This document shows, in pieces, positions 51,572-64,000 of a DNA stretch of 64,000 nt. Below the pieces are notes generated by a model. The model was not told where the DNA came from. It saw only the letters and a list, made by a program, of their open reading frames with translations, and did not search any database. The stretch spans positions 3,100,001 to 3,164,000 of the forward strand of contig OY986949.1 in the NCBI GenBank assembly GCA_963920595.1. The letters are read 5' to 3'. This stretch comes from Eimeria praecox (lineage: Eukaryota). How positions within the stretch are numbered: the stretch's first letter is position 1; each line of letters begins with the position of its first letter. The position numbers were made by a program, and so were the translations under genes.

Positions 51572-52277
51572 TCTGGAGCCTCATCAGTTCCTTCCGCTTG
51601 GAATACAGACTCTACTTTTCTCACCGTTTATGAGGAGTGCGGTTTCCTCCCATTGACCCCACGCGCGATGGCCTGGACATGCAGAGTAACTTAGGCTTTT
51701 TAAGCTAGGGAAGAACTCTGGGCAGCCTGAACTTTACCTGCGCTTAGAATACTTTTGTAGCTCTATCCCAGAACCCATCACTGCTTGCGTACGAATACAA
51801 ACCTACCACGCAAGATCATAATAATGCGCCATCCACTTACCTATTCGGTCTTTGCGCACGGAACATAGAAGCTAGGAAGCGGCGATGGTTCTTCTCTTAC
51901 CAACTGCTTTTCAAACGCACAGGCACATACGCATTTCCCGTTGAAGATGCACGCTACGAGTTGCGGTGGGCGCTTCAAGCTGGCGCTCGAAGGTAGAGCG
52001 CTCAAACGTAGAACAGCAGGCTTGAACTAACTTGATCGGGTTTATAGGCGGTTCTCGGAGCAATGCTGCAATACATGCGAGGAGCCAGGGCAGATATTTG
52101 AACCATCTGGCATGGGCATGGCTCTCCAAGCCACTGCAGGAGTGGCGGTAAACGAAAATTTGGCCTTGAATACTGTGGACGCTAGCGCCATTAACAAATT
52201 GAGACCAAGACATAGGGCCTGAGAAGCATTTGCTACTCTTGAAAGCAGCCGGTTGGGGGTCCTAAAAACCACAATAA

Positions 52278-52357
52278 TGACTGAAGTGGGATTCGAACCC
52301 ACGCCCGCGAGGACTGCGGCCTGAACGCAGCGCCTTAGACCACTCGGCCATCCAGCC
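52278..52357 (-). tRNA. trnL-CAG: tRNA-Leu(CAG), copy 1
   Basis: GGCTGGATGGCCGAGTGGTCTAAGGCGCTGCGTTCAGGCCGCAGTCCTCGCGGGCGTGGGTTCGAATCCCACTTCAGTCA: A box, anticodon stem CTGCG/CGCAG with loop TTCAGGC, long variable arm, GTTCGAATCC B box, T5 terminator downstream. Confidence 0.97.
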
Positions 52358-52847
52358 ATGGTCTCACCGTGCAGCCCTCCCTTTCTATGCCAAACTCCTT
52401 ATCATTCACCTACAGGACGTTCTTCAGAGCCATGCAAACTCAACTAGAGTGCACGAACTACAGCGTACAAACCTGAAGCAGTTGAGAAGTTGGACATAGG
52501 AGAGAGGCTTCAGCCAGGACCCCAAGGACCAACTGATACGCGCGACAACCTAGAAAGAGATGCTCTGCAGCACATGTTGGGAATAGCAGGCTTGCTCTAG
52601 GTTGTTCAGATTTATTGGCGGTTCTCGGAGCAATGCTGCAATACATGCGAGGAGCCAGAGCAGATGTTTGAACCATCTGGCACGGGTATGGCTCTGCAAG
52701 CCACTGCAGGAGTAACGGTAAACGAAACTTTGGCCTTGACTACTGTGGACTCTAGCGCCATTAACAAATTGAGACCAAGACATAGGGCCTGAGAAGCATT
52801 TAGTACTCTTGAAAGCAGCCGGTGGGGGGTCCTAAAAGCCACAATAA

Positions 52848-52927
52848 TGACTGAAGTGGGATTCGAACCCACGCCCGCGAGGACTGCGGCCTGAACGCAG
52901 CGCCTTAGACCACTCGGCCATCCAGCC
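52848..52927 (-). tRNA. trnL-CAG: tRNA-Leu(CAG), copy 2
   Basis: Identical to copy 1; downstream T-run is T4. Confidence 0.97.
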
Positions 52928-53417
52928 ATGGTCTCACCGTGCAGCCCTCCCTTTCTATGCCAAACTCCTTATCATTCACCTACAGGACGTTCTTCAGAGC
53001 CATGCGAACTCAACTAGAGTGCACGAACTACAGCGTACAAACCTGAAGCAGTTGAGAAGTTGGACATAGGAGAGAGGCTTCAGCCAGGACCCCAAGGACC
53101 AACTGATACGCGCGACAAACTGGAAAGAGATGCTCTGCAGCACATGTTGGGAATAGCAGGCTTGCTCCAAGTTGTTCAGATTTATTGGCGGTTCTCGGAG
53201 CAATGCTGCAATACATGCGAGGAGCCAGGGCAGATGTTTGAACCATCTGGCACGGGCATGGCTCTCCAAGCCACTGCAGGAGTGGCGGTAAACGAAAATT
53301 TGGCCTTGAGTACTGTGGACGCTAGCGCCATTAACAAATTGAGACCAAGACATAGGGCCTGAGAAGCATTTAGTACTCTTGAAAGCAGCCGATTGGGGGT
53401 CCTAAAAACCACAATAA

Positions 53418-53497
53418 TGACTGAAGTGGGATTCGAACCCACGCCCGCGAGGACTGCGGCCTGAACGCAGCGCCTTAGACCACTCGGCCATCCAGCC
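53418..53497 (-). tRNA. trnL-CAG: tRNA-Leu(CAG), copy 3
   Basis: Identical to copy 1; T5 terminator. Confidence 0.97.
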
Positions 53498-53987
53498 ATG
53501 GTCTCACCGTGCAGCCCTCCCTTTCTATGCCAAACTCCTTATCATTCACCTACAGGACGTTCTTCAGAGCCATGCGAACTCAAATAGAGTGCTCGAACTA
53601 CAGCGTACAAACCTGAAGCAGTTGAGAAGTTGGACATAGGAGAGAGGCTTCAGCCAGGACCCCAAGGACCAACTGATACGCGCGACAAACTGGAAAGAGA
53701 TGCTCTGCAGCACATGTTGGGAATAGCAGGCTTGCTCCAAGTTGTTCAGATTTATTGGCGGTTCTCGGAGCAATGCTGCAATACATGCGAGGAGCCAGAG
53801 CAGATGTTTGAACCATCTGGCACGGGTATGGCTCTGCAAGCCACTGCAGGAGTAACGGTAAACGAAACTTTGGCCTTGACTACTGTGGACTCTAGCGCCA
53901 TTAACAAATTGAGACCAAGACATAGGGCCTGAGAAGCATTTAGTACTCTTGAAAGCAGCCGGTGGGGGGTCCTAAAAGCCACAATAA

Positions 53988-54067
53988 TGACTGAAGTGGG
54001 ATTCGAACCCACGCCCGCGAGGACTGCGGCCTGAACGCAGCGCCTTAGACCACTCGGCCATCCAGCC
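53988..54067 (-). tRNA. trnL-CAG: tRNA-Leu(CAG), copy 4
   Basis: Identical to copy 1; T4 terminator. Confidence 0.97.
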
Positions 54068-54557
54068 ATGGTCTCACCGTGCAGCCCTCCCTTTCTATGC
54101 CAAACTCCTTATCATTCACCTACAGGACGTTCTTCAGAGCCATGCGAACTCAACTAGAGTGCTCGAACTACAGCGTACAAACCTGAAGCAGTTGAGAAGT
54201 TGGACATAGGAGAGAGGCTTCAGCCAGGACCCCAAGGACCAACTGATACGCGCGACAAACTGGAAAGAGATGCTCTGCTGCACATGTTGGGAATAGCAGG
54301 CTTGCTCTAGGTTGTTCAGATTTATTGGCGGTTCTCGGAGCAATGCTGCAATACATGCGAGGAGCCAGGGCAGATGTTTGAACCATCTGGCACGGGCATG
54401 GCTCTCCAAGCCACTGCAGGAGTGGCGGTAAACGAAAATTTGGCCTTGAGTACTGTGGACGCTAGCGCCATTAACAAATTGAGACCAAGACATAGGGCCT
54501 GAGAAGCATTTAGTACTCTTGAAAGCAGCCGGTTGGGGGTCCTAAAAACCACAATAA

Positions 54558-54637
54558 TGACTGAAGTGGGATTCGAACCCACGCCCGCGAGGACTGCGGC
54601 CTGAACGCAGCGCCTTAGACCACTCGGCCATCCAGCC
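54558..54637 (-). tRNA. trnL-CAG: tRNA-Leu(CAG), copy 5
   Basis: Identical to copy 1; T5 terminator. Confidence 0.97.
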
Positions 54638-55169
54638 ATGGTCTCACCGTGCAGCCCTCCCTTTCTATGCCAAACTCCTTATCATTCACCTACAGGACGT
54701 TCTTCAGAGCCATGCGAACTCAACTAGAGTGCACGAACTACAGCGTACAAACCTGAAGAAGTTGAGAGGTTGCACATAGCAGAGAGGCTTCAACCGGGAC
54801 CTTAAGGACCAACTGATACGCGCGACAACCCGGAAAGAGATGCTCTTCAGCACAATGTTTGTGCGTTATTCGTTCCGCCATTCGCGTCTGGAGTCAGTGG
54901 CAGATCAAGCCCATCTGGAATATCCTGTGGAGGCAGGAACGGCCACGTAAGTGATTCGCGGCGTTTTCCGTGTTTCGTGCAGATGCACCCTTGAAGTGTT
55001 CCGTAGCAGGGCGCTTTGAGTAGACTTATAGGCCCGAAGCATAGGGAATACGAAGAGTTTCAAAATCGGCAGAATATGCAGTCAGCTGTCTACCCGCAAG
55101 CAAGCAAACTGTTGAGAAGAGCGAAATCCAACTTCGAGCTAACGCGTTGTGAAGCAATCAAGTGGTGGC

Positions 55170-57130
55170 GAAGACGAGCACGGGCATGTGGATCATAAGG
55201 GTCAACTCTAAACCCCTCAAAAAATAATCGAATAATAGGCGAAATGAAGCTTTGGCGGGCACAAAACACAGCTTGAGCTGTTGTAGTATCCTGTACCCCA
55301 TTTATTTGTTGGCTGTCCTAACAGGTTTTCGCAGATCACAGTCCATTCTGATAGCAGGTACATGCGCACATGCAAACTACAGTAAGGGCTTATGTCCTTT
55401 GCGGTGGTGAATGCATCTACTGAACTGCATTGATGGGCTGGTCATTATTACTTTGGGCCAATCAATTTCCGGTGGATCGTTATACACACGGATGCCGCGC
55501 TCCGTGTGTATAACGATCCGATTCAACCGGAATATGCAATACCACTTCCGGTACATGGTACTGCAGCAGCAGCAGCTCATGCTGCTTGCACTGCAGCTGT
55601 TACGTGACACGCATTAGCTTAAAATGTACGAACACGCTCGTTTGTCATGGTGGCAATCGCTTGATTATGGTTTCGCGTCACCGCAAAAGGAGATGAACCA
55701 AATCGAACGAAGATAAGAGCACTCCGGAAATGGACCTACCTGTAGCGAGAGTCCTCCATCATAGCCGGGAACCGTTGAGAGCTGCAAGAGAGTGAGTGAT
55801 TTGAAAAAAGAGTTAGGAAAAGGCGGCTGATGTCTTCTTCTCCACCCTCCTGGCATCCTGGGCACAGCGGCCAAGGTCAGCTGGTCAGGGGCCGACCAAT
55901 CAAGCGTTCCAACGCACATTGGTGCAACTAGTGATGCAAGGCAGGCCCACGTGCATGACTAACCAATCCTTTTGCTGCAGGTAATAATCTTGTACGATGC
56001 AGTGTACACTGTTGTGGAACACTTGTTTGGCCCTCTGTATTCAGCCTGAGTGTAAGTTGAGACACGAATAACAGCATTACGCAAAACATGCCACAGCATT
56101 TGCCTCCCGTTTTTGCTCTATACGATATTGACAGTTCTTTGTTTTTAAAGTAAGATACTGGCGCTACAGCGGTTGGGACAATGCTGTCTAAACATGCCGA
56201 GGCCTCGATGGCACACTTCACCGATTTCTCGTTTTTCAGGCACTTTGTTTCTAAACTGCCTTTGTCTGTAACTCCCGTTTCCTTTCCAAATTGCTGTTTT
56301 CTTATTCCCTAGATATTGACGGGGCCGCAGCTCTTTCCTTGTTCAACAAGGGGAGGCTGGTTAAGCGTTGCAGCAGAGCTTGGATCCCACATATTGTTCC
56401 CTCTAACTTCATTTCATATGGACATTTTACTGGAAAGGCGCGATCATGGTTAAGAGAGCAGTGCAGCATGTAACCCAGAAGCAAAGCGGTTCTTTTCATG
56501 ACCTAGGATGCGCCTCCCACCTGGGAAATATGTGCTCGCTTTCCCATGAAATCAAGATAAAGCCGAGACATATTCTTAAGCCCAAACTATTCCAGGGCGT
56601 TCCGGTCGCTAAACGGTTATGGACTACTATCGCTTTTGTGCTCATAGAGGATTCACCATCAGTCAGAGGCTGTGATAGCATTTATGCTGCTGTAGATAGA
56701 TTTAGAAAGTACGCACACTGCAAGCCCTACTCGAGTTCAGCGTCTTCACAGTGGGGTGGCCAATGGTTCAGTAATTACGTCTGGAAGCTTCGATGTTTCC
56801 TAAAAGACACGTCTCTCGGCAGTTGGCTGCTGTTAGGTTGTCAGCTTATTTTGCCGCAAATTCACGGCAGGGATAAATGTGGGCCATAGAAACTAACGAC
56901 AAAAGCGAATTACCAGGAAGCAGAAGGTCAAGAAAAACTCATTATTCAAAACCCATCGAAGGGCACGAGGGGCAGAAGAAGTACGACAAGCTGTATTTAG
57001 GGACTTGGGCTGTACGCCATCAAGTCAATTTGTTGGGCTGCGTTTTAGGCATTGTCTCAAGAAGGAGATACCACCATACAATCAATGTGTGTGTCGCAAG
57101 GCGTCTAGAGGGATCGTGCACATTTCCTCG
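55170..57130 (+). mobile_element. Decayed Ty3/gypsy LTR-retrotransposon pol remnant (RT, RNaseH, integrase, GPY/F module) with stops, frameshifts and deletions
   Basis: In correct order: VDHKG (cf. VDYR-LN), LMSFAVVNAST (cf. MPFGL-NAP), FRVTAKGDEPNRTKIRALRKW (cf. G--PDP-KI-AI--W), PPVFALYDIDSSLFLK*DTGATAVGTMLSK (RNaseH), KLFQGVPVAKRLWTTIAFVLIEDSPSVRGCDSIYAAVDRFRKYAHCKP (integrase, first catalytic D lost), KKYDKLYLGTWAVRHQVN...RYHHTINV (GPY/F). No LTRs recognised. Confidence 0.8.
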
Positions 57131-59311
57131 GATTGTCATCACCATGCGGCTGCAGCATCACTGGGAAAACGAGCAACTGGAGGAAACAGGCGCTGGGCAT
57201 GCGTGTAACTACTGACAGAAGCCACAGCAAGCGGGCTTGTTGCGTTTGAGAGCCCGGAGGCCTATAGCCCTGGTGGATTTATGCTTATTAGCTGGGAGCA
57301 GAATTTCATTGGGAGCATCTACGTACTGTTGTGGATTCAACGGCTCCAGTGAAAGAGTGAGCTTGCGCAGCGCAGCTTAAATTTGAGCCAGGAGTCAACA
57401 TTCGGTGACAACTTGCTCTACCACGCTGGATGATGCCCTTCTGCCTTTATATCTGTGTGCGCTCTGGCTCTCACTACTTTTCCTGTGTGATCGCTGATCT
57501 TGATTCTACTTACGGGTAGCCCGGCAGTGCCAAGGAGAGCACAGTTGCTTTTTCATGTTTTTGAGTTGGGAGGCCTTAGCGGTTTCCCGAAGCTTGCCTC
57601 ATGCATGCACGTATGTTTCGCGCCGGCTGTAGATCAAAGCACATATTTTGCGGGTTAATATGGATACACGATACATTGAAATGGGGCATCTAGCCAAAGC
57701 GAACGATACGGGGCGCATTATAGGACAGGTGAGAGCGCCCTGCAGCAACAAGGTGCGAGTAGCAGCCAACAGTAAGTGGAAATATCATTTGCAGGTGCCG
57801 TTCGCCCGTTTTCCCCCGTCACTTCTCGTTATAGGTTCTTGATCATCTAGGGATCTGTAGCCCATTCATAGGTGCACCCATTCTTTGTAGCGCGACTAGC
57901 CACATGAGGGCATGCACTGCTTGGTTGAGAGGGGGCTGCAGGTGCATCTAGCATACATTTTATGAAGTTGGTTTGCGTAATTCTACTTGCAGAAAAGCTG
58001 GCTTTTGAGGGCCAGCTTAATGTTTGGGATCTGTCTACAGTGCTGGGGCATGAAGCAAATGGGGCTTAGTTTTGCTTGCATGCGGGTCTGGCTTGCCTCA
58101 CGCGTTGCATCAAGGTTTGCTGCAGCTGATGACATGCTGATTCCGCTACGCTCTAGACCCCAACCATTTTTCCGCCTGGCCCAGGACCCCCGGCGAGTTG
58201 ATGAAATGTCAGAAGGATTTTATAAACATCTACTTCAATCAAGCCTTTGAGGAAGAACCTCGTTTAAAGCCGATCGTTCTATGAGGGACAACCCCACATG
58301 TTTAAGCATCCCAACCCCACTTGGGTGCATGCAAGAATACAGGTGACAACAGTTAAATACTTGAATAACATTCAGCAGCTAATTTACCCCAAGGGTTAAT
58401 AAATATAATAATATAATAAATACAGAGAAACAACGCTAGACGAGTTGTAGGACTGTATGGAATTCGAACAGTATGAGTCTACACTAGCACAAAAGATACT
58501 CCTACTGTATCTTTTCTTTAAATTTAGTATATACATTTATGTTTATTTCTTTTGATTATATCTTCTAGCATCTTCAAAACCAAAGAAAGCCTGCGGTGTA
58601 TATGGAAGAGCTGCTGTAGTAGTGTGGCTGTATGTACGAACTCCTCCTCTCTTAAGGAGATCGCTGTACAGAATGTTTTTTGATTTTGAAATAGTATTTT
58701 ATAAACATTTAATATACAACATTTTATAAATAGGAGATATTTTTACTTGTTTAATTCAACAATTGCTTTCGGCGTAGCCCCAGGGCCCCAATTGATGATC
58801 AGGGGGTCTGGGGACGGGCTGAGTAGAAGAGGATATGGGTGTACGTACAGAGTCATAATAAATCTTATATTTATTTTTGCATTTGTTTTTGCATTTAGTT
58901 TTATATTTGTTTTTGCAGTTATATTTATATAAACAGAGAACGGCGGACTGCCGGCCTGACGCCGCCTACGTGTTGTCCCGCTACAGCGCACCCCAAGGGG
59001 GGGAGCGCCTCTCTAGGTTGCTTCCCCTCAATCTGTTGTTTGCTGTTTGTTTTGTTTTTGACTCTTTTCTTCTTTTTGATTGCCATAGAGAGGCAATATT
59101 AGTCTATTACAACGCCCGCGGCAGCGATAACCCCCAGCAGCAACAGCAGCAGTTACAGCGAAACCAGATACTACAAGGCCTTTTGTACAAGCACTAGATG
59201 TATATATATATCCTTTATTATCAACCTGTTCGTCCATACTCATTAGATGCTTCAGGCCCTCCGTTTATGCTGTAGGGGCCAAGTGCCGCTGCAGCGGCTG
59301 TCTCAGCAGCA

Positions 59312-59363
<52 letters not shown>

Positions 59364-59573
59364 CACAAACTGCAGCAGCACAATCCCCCCAAGGGACAGC
59401 CATTTCGTTTAGTGCTGCAGCCTTGGATCTTCGAGACAAACATTCTCAGGTGTATGTACACCGCAAACCTCGCAACTTTCTTCTAACCGCCGCCCGGTGT
59501 AAGCCCAACACACACGCGCGAGGAAGGGCGGGGGGGGGAAGACTCTCAGCAGACGCAGGGGCTTTAGAGCTGC

Positions 59574-59616
<43 letters not shown>

Positions 59617-59979
59617 CTGCTGGTGCTGCTGCTGCTGCTGGTGGTTCTGCTGCAGCAGCAGCTGCTATTCTTATAACTGCTGCCTCAGCTGCTGCTGAGG
59701 ACAGAGAGCTGAAGCAGCAGCGGATGGGGCGCTGGCAACGTTCCTTCTCTTTAGTTTTTTTCTTATGTTTACACAGAAGCTAAACTAACTACATATATAA
59801 TTATTATAATAATATAATATAAAAATATTATTATTATTATATTATTATTATTATCTTATTAGTATAACCTGAGGGCCTCTTCATAACCTACGGCATTTCC
59901 TATCGCCCAGATGCATCCTAAGCACCAGCAGCAACAACAACAACAACAGCAGCAGCAGCAGCAGCAGCAGCAGACGCTG

Positions 59980-60021
<42 letters not shown>

Positions 60022-60028
60022 CGGGGCA

Positions 60029-60159
60029 ATGAACACTGTGGCTGCCCCCCCTAGACCAGAGAACCCACATGCCTCTATTGCTGCTGGTGCGCCTCAGAGG
60101 CGGAGCCCCAAGCATGCAGACATCAGGCTAGCAGCTGCAACAGATGCAGCAGTGAATCG

Positions 60160-60200
<41 letters not shown>

Positions 60201-60274
60201 ACAGCAGCAACAACAGGAACACCAACGGAAACAATAGTAATAGAAGCAACAAGAACAACAGCAGCAGCAGCAAT

Positions 60275-60313
<39 letters not shown>

Positions 60314-60943
60314 TACGATAGCCACAGAGACAGAGAAAACAATATCACGCAGCATATGAAAACCACAACAACAGCAGCAGCTGCTGCAGCAGAAGCCCCA
60401 TCAGGGGCAGCAGCAGCAGCAGCAGAAGCACCAGCAGCACCAGCAGCAACAGCAGCAGCAGCAGGATCTTCTGACAATGAGGGAGCAGCAACAACAGCAG
60501 CAACATCGTCCTCGTTTGCTGCAGCAGCAACATCAGCCCATGCCTCAGATGCGCCCCCAGGACCATCATCATCAGCAGCAACAGCAGCAACAGCAGCAAC
60601 AGCAGCAACAGCAGCAACAGCAGCATCAGCAGCATCAGCAACATCAGCAGCAACAGCAGCAACAGCAGCAACAGAAGCATCAGAAGCATCAGCAGTACCA
60701 GCAGCAACAGCAGCAACAGCAGCAACAGAAGCAACATCATCAGCAGCAGCAGAAGAGTCTGCTGCTGCTAGTGGAAGCCGCCGAGGAAGTATATTAGGAC
60801 GTTCTCGTATATCTGTAGAAGAGCTGCAGCTTCTCTATGGGGCCGATAAGAGATTAAACACAGAAGAATATACATATCCTCTGAGGGTTATCCTTAGCTG
60901 TAAGGGGCTACACTCAGAGTTCCATCCAGATAGTGGGGTGAGC

Positions 60944-60975
<32 letters not shown>

Positions 60976-61491
60976 TTGCTGCTGCTGTTGCTGCTGCTGT
61001 TGGATGGGGTGCTGTTGATGGCGGGGGGTGCTGTTTGCTCTGTTGCTGATGCTGGTTGGGGGGCTGTTGCTGCTGCTGTTGCTGCTGTAGCTCTCTGTAG
61101 TGTTGTTGCTGTTGCTGCTGCTGCTCTGCTGCTCTTCGTGCTGCTGCTGCTGCTGCTGCTGTGAATGTTGCTGCTGGTGTTGTTCTAGGACGGATGCTCT
61201 TCATGGGCATCACGTGGTCTGGCTGACGTGTATTGCTGCTGCTGCTACTGTGCTGCTTCTGCTGCTTGTGCTGCTGCTGCTGCTGCTGCTGCTTGTGCTG
61301 CTGCTGCTGCTGCTGCTGCTTGTGCTGCTGCTGCTGCTGCTGCTGCAGTTATCTACAGGTTCAACAAGTAAAATCTTCCAGCACTATGTCCTCAAACAGC
61401 GTATTGGCTCGGGCTCCTGGGGTGAGGTGTTTGTTGCTATCGAACGACTCTCAGGCATTCAACGGGCTGTCAAAAGAATACCTAAGAGGTG

Positions 61492-61559
<68 letters not shown>

Positions 61560-61893
61560 TTGTTGCTGCTGCTGCTAATGCCTGCTGGAGATGAGTGTAT
61601 AACTTGAGTATAAGGTAGACAGGAAGAGACAGTATATGTGTGCTCTTGAGGTTTGGTTGCTGTTGCTGGTGCTTCATATATCTGCTGCTGCTGCTGTTGC
61701 TGCTGTTGCTGCTGTTGCTGCTGTTGCTGCTGCTGTTGCTGCTGTTGCTGCTGCAGCACCCCACATGCAGTGGCAATGGCGAGGGAGGAGGTTGCGTTAA
61801 TGAGGGAGATGGATCATCCTAACATTGTGAAGGTCTTTGAGTGTTACGATGACACTGCCTACTTCTTCGTGGTGAGGTGCTGCTGCTGCTGCT

Positions 61894-61926
<33 letters not shown>

Positions 61927-62475
61927 GCAGGTGGTGCTGTTGCTGCTGCTGCTGCTGTTGTTGCTGTTGTTGTTTGTGTGTTTTTCTTGTTTCTTTTTCG
62001 TGTTTTCTGTCTGTCTCTCGTTTCTTCTGTTGCTGCTGCTGCTGTTTTGTTGTTGCTTCTGTTGCTGCTGCTGCTGTTTTGTTGCTGCTTCTGTTGCTGC
62101 TGCTGCTGCTGCTGTTGTTTTTATAGTCTTCGTGTCTTGCTTTGTTCTTTGCTGCTGCTGCCTGTCTCCTTTCCTCTCTCTCTCTTGTCTCCTCAGCCTG
62201 TCTCTCGTTGCTTCCTCCTTCTGTCTCCTCTCTCTTCTTCTTTCTGTCTCTTCTGTCTCTTCTCTTTCTTCCTTCTTCATTTGTCTATCTTGCTGCCTTC
62301 CCACCGTACTGCTGCAGGCGATGCAGCAGCAGCAGCAGCACGAACAGCAACAACAGCAGCAGCAGCAGCAGCAGCAGCTGCTGCTGCTGCTGCTGCTGCT
62401 GCTTAGCTACCTCCTGGCGTTTTTTTCCTCATCCCTTGCCACTGCGATCACATTTTTTGCTGCTGTTTCTGCTGC

Positions 62476-62546
<71 letters not shown>

Positions 62547-62816
62547 TTTCAGGTGATGGAGTTGTGTCGTGGAGGGGAGTTGTTTGATGAGCTAGCTAAG
62601 AGTGCTAGCTGTGGGGGTCGTTGCTGTGTCTCTAACAATCAACCTCGTCCTCGCTTTTCTAGACAAGAAGCAGCTTTAATTATGTATCAAGTTTTATCTG
62701 CTGCTCATTGCTGTCATCAACACGGGATATGCCACAGGTAGCTTATACACACAATTGCTGCTGCTGCTGTTGCTGCTGCTGCTGTTGCTGTTGTTGTTGC
62801 TGCTGCTACTGTTGCT

Positions 62817-62847
<31 letters not shown>

Positions 62848-62852
62848 GGGTT

Positions 62853-62916
<64 letters not shown>

Positions 62917-63013
62917 TGCTGCTGGTCTTCTTGTTGCTGCAGTTGTAGACTTGTGCAGCAGATTCTCTTGATGAGGTTGCATGCGAGTGAGATGTGAGCC
63001 CGATTTGCTTCTT

Positions 63014-63066
<53 letters not shown>

Positions 63067-63412
63067 TTGCTGCTGCTGTTGCTGCTGCTGCTGCAGGGAT
63101 ATAAAACCAGAGAATTTTCTTCTTGCTGAGCCAGGGAGTCTGACATTGAAGCTAGCAGACTTTGGTTTGGCTCGTCGCTTCTCTCGTCGTCGAAACGTAC
63201 CTAGGCGGCAGTCTCTGATCGATCTTGTAGAAGCAGCTGTTGCTGCTGCAGCACCAACTCCTGCTGCTGCTGCTGCTGCTCCTGTTACGCCTTCTGCTGC
63301 AGCAGCTTTAGCTGCTTCTCCAACTGCTGCAGGTGATGCAGCAGACGGGACGCATGCATCTAAGATACAGACAGTGGGATTACCTGAAGGGGGTCTATCT
63401 CAGCAGCAACAA

Positions 63413-63475
<63 letters not shown>

Positions 63476-63580
63476 GATGACGAGAAGATGCTGCTTCATT
63501 CCGTTGCAGGAACAGTTTGCTTTGCAGCTCCTGAAGTCCTGCGGCTGTCTGCAGATCTTGTGAAGAAGACAGAGGAAATG

Positions 63581-63619
<39 letters not shown>

Positions 63620-63700
63620 GAAGAAGGCACAATTGTACTGCAGCAGGAAAGCCAAGTGCAAGAGCAGCCAGCTGAGGATTCACAACAACAACAACAGCAA

Positions 63701-63737
<37 letters not shown>

Positions 63738-63871
63738 AGCAGCAGCAGCTACAGCCTTTAGGATATGATGGAGAGCGTGCTGACGCTTGGAGCTGCGGCG
63801 TCATGCTCTACTTGCTTCTGTGTGGGGAGCTGCCCTTTGATGGTCCTGACGATGCAACTGTAGCATACAAT
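60029..63871 (+). CDS. Ser/Thr protein kinase, CAMK group/CDPK-like; 3' end lies beyond the window. Exons 60029-60937, 61349-61488, 61757-61871, 62553-62737, 63097-63871
   Basis: Phase-consistent exons give [99 protein letters not shown]-hands are not visible in this window. Confidence 0.93.
62855..62913. repeat. (TA)n microsatellite in a kinase intron
   Basis: Directly visible. Confidence 0.95.
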
Positions 63872-64000
63872 GTATGAACTGCTGCTGCTGCTGTTGCTGC
63901 TGCTGCTGTTGCTGCTGGTGCTGTTGCTGCTGGTGCTGTTGCTGCTGTTGCTGCTGCTGCTGTTGCACTCGTTCTTGCTGTTTACTAGCATGGATGCTAC

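Larger units (their letters stand above)
52015..54855. repeat. Tandem array of five ~570-bp units, each carrying one tRNA-Leu gene
   Basis: Near-identical sequence recurs at an exact 570-nt period and degenerates at both edges. Confidence 0.97.

Noticed and set aside
52015..54855. CRISPR array or repeated 72-119 aa protein genes in the 570-bp repeats
   Set aside because: Whole units are near-identical with no unique spacers. The ORFs (e.g. MAGWPSGLRR...) are translations through tRNA genes and their spacers.
57130..57340. Chromodomain after the integrase remnant
   Set aside because: Only faint WWIY/ISWEQ fragments in different frames, too weak to call.
59221..63991. Poly-Leu, poly-Cys and poly-Ser ORFs in other frames and strands
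   Set aside because: They are shadow frames of stop-free CAG/CTG repeats. The kinase exons explain the coding signal.

Overview
Eukaryotic, intron-rich DNA typical of a coccidian apicomplexan, most likely Eimeria. It has dense CAG/CTG repeats encoding poly-Q/A/S, interstitial TTTAGGG heptamers and TGCATGCA octamers. By splicing exons by hand I could support 11 protein-coding genes: a MORN-repeat protein (runs off the left edge), a CRAL-TRIO/Sec14-like protein, glyoxalase II, an Asterix/PAT10-like membrane protein, a mitochondrial carrier, a Q-rich protein with an unrecognised basic C-terminal domain, a short NELF-A-like protein, a triple-CCCH zinc-finger protein, a long coiled-coil protein, a Cdt1-like licensing factor and a CDPK/CAMK-type kinase (runs off the right edge). 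There is also a 5-copy, 570-bp tandem array of tRNA-Leu(CAG) genes with an alternating A/B higher-order structure. A decayed Ty3/gypsy pol remnant lies on its right, and weaker ones lie on its left. The most notable items are the minimal NELF-A, an in-frame TAG inside the CCCH gene's otherwise open first exon, the tRNA array with retroelement neighbours, and two GC-AG introns. All homology calls come from motif recognition by eye, not from database searches.
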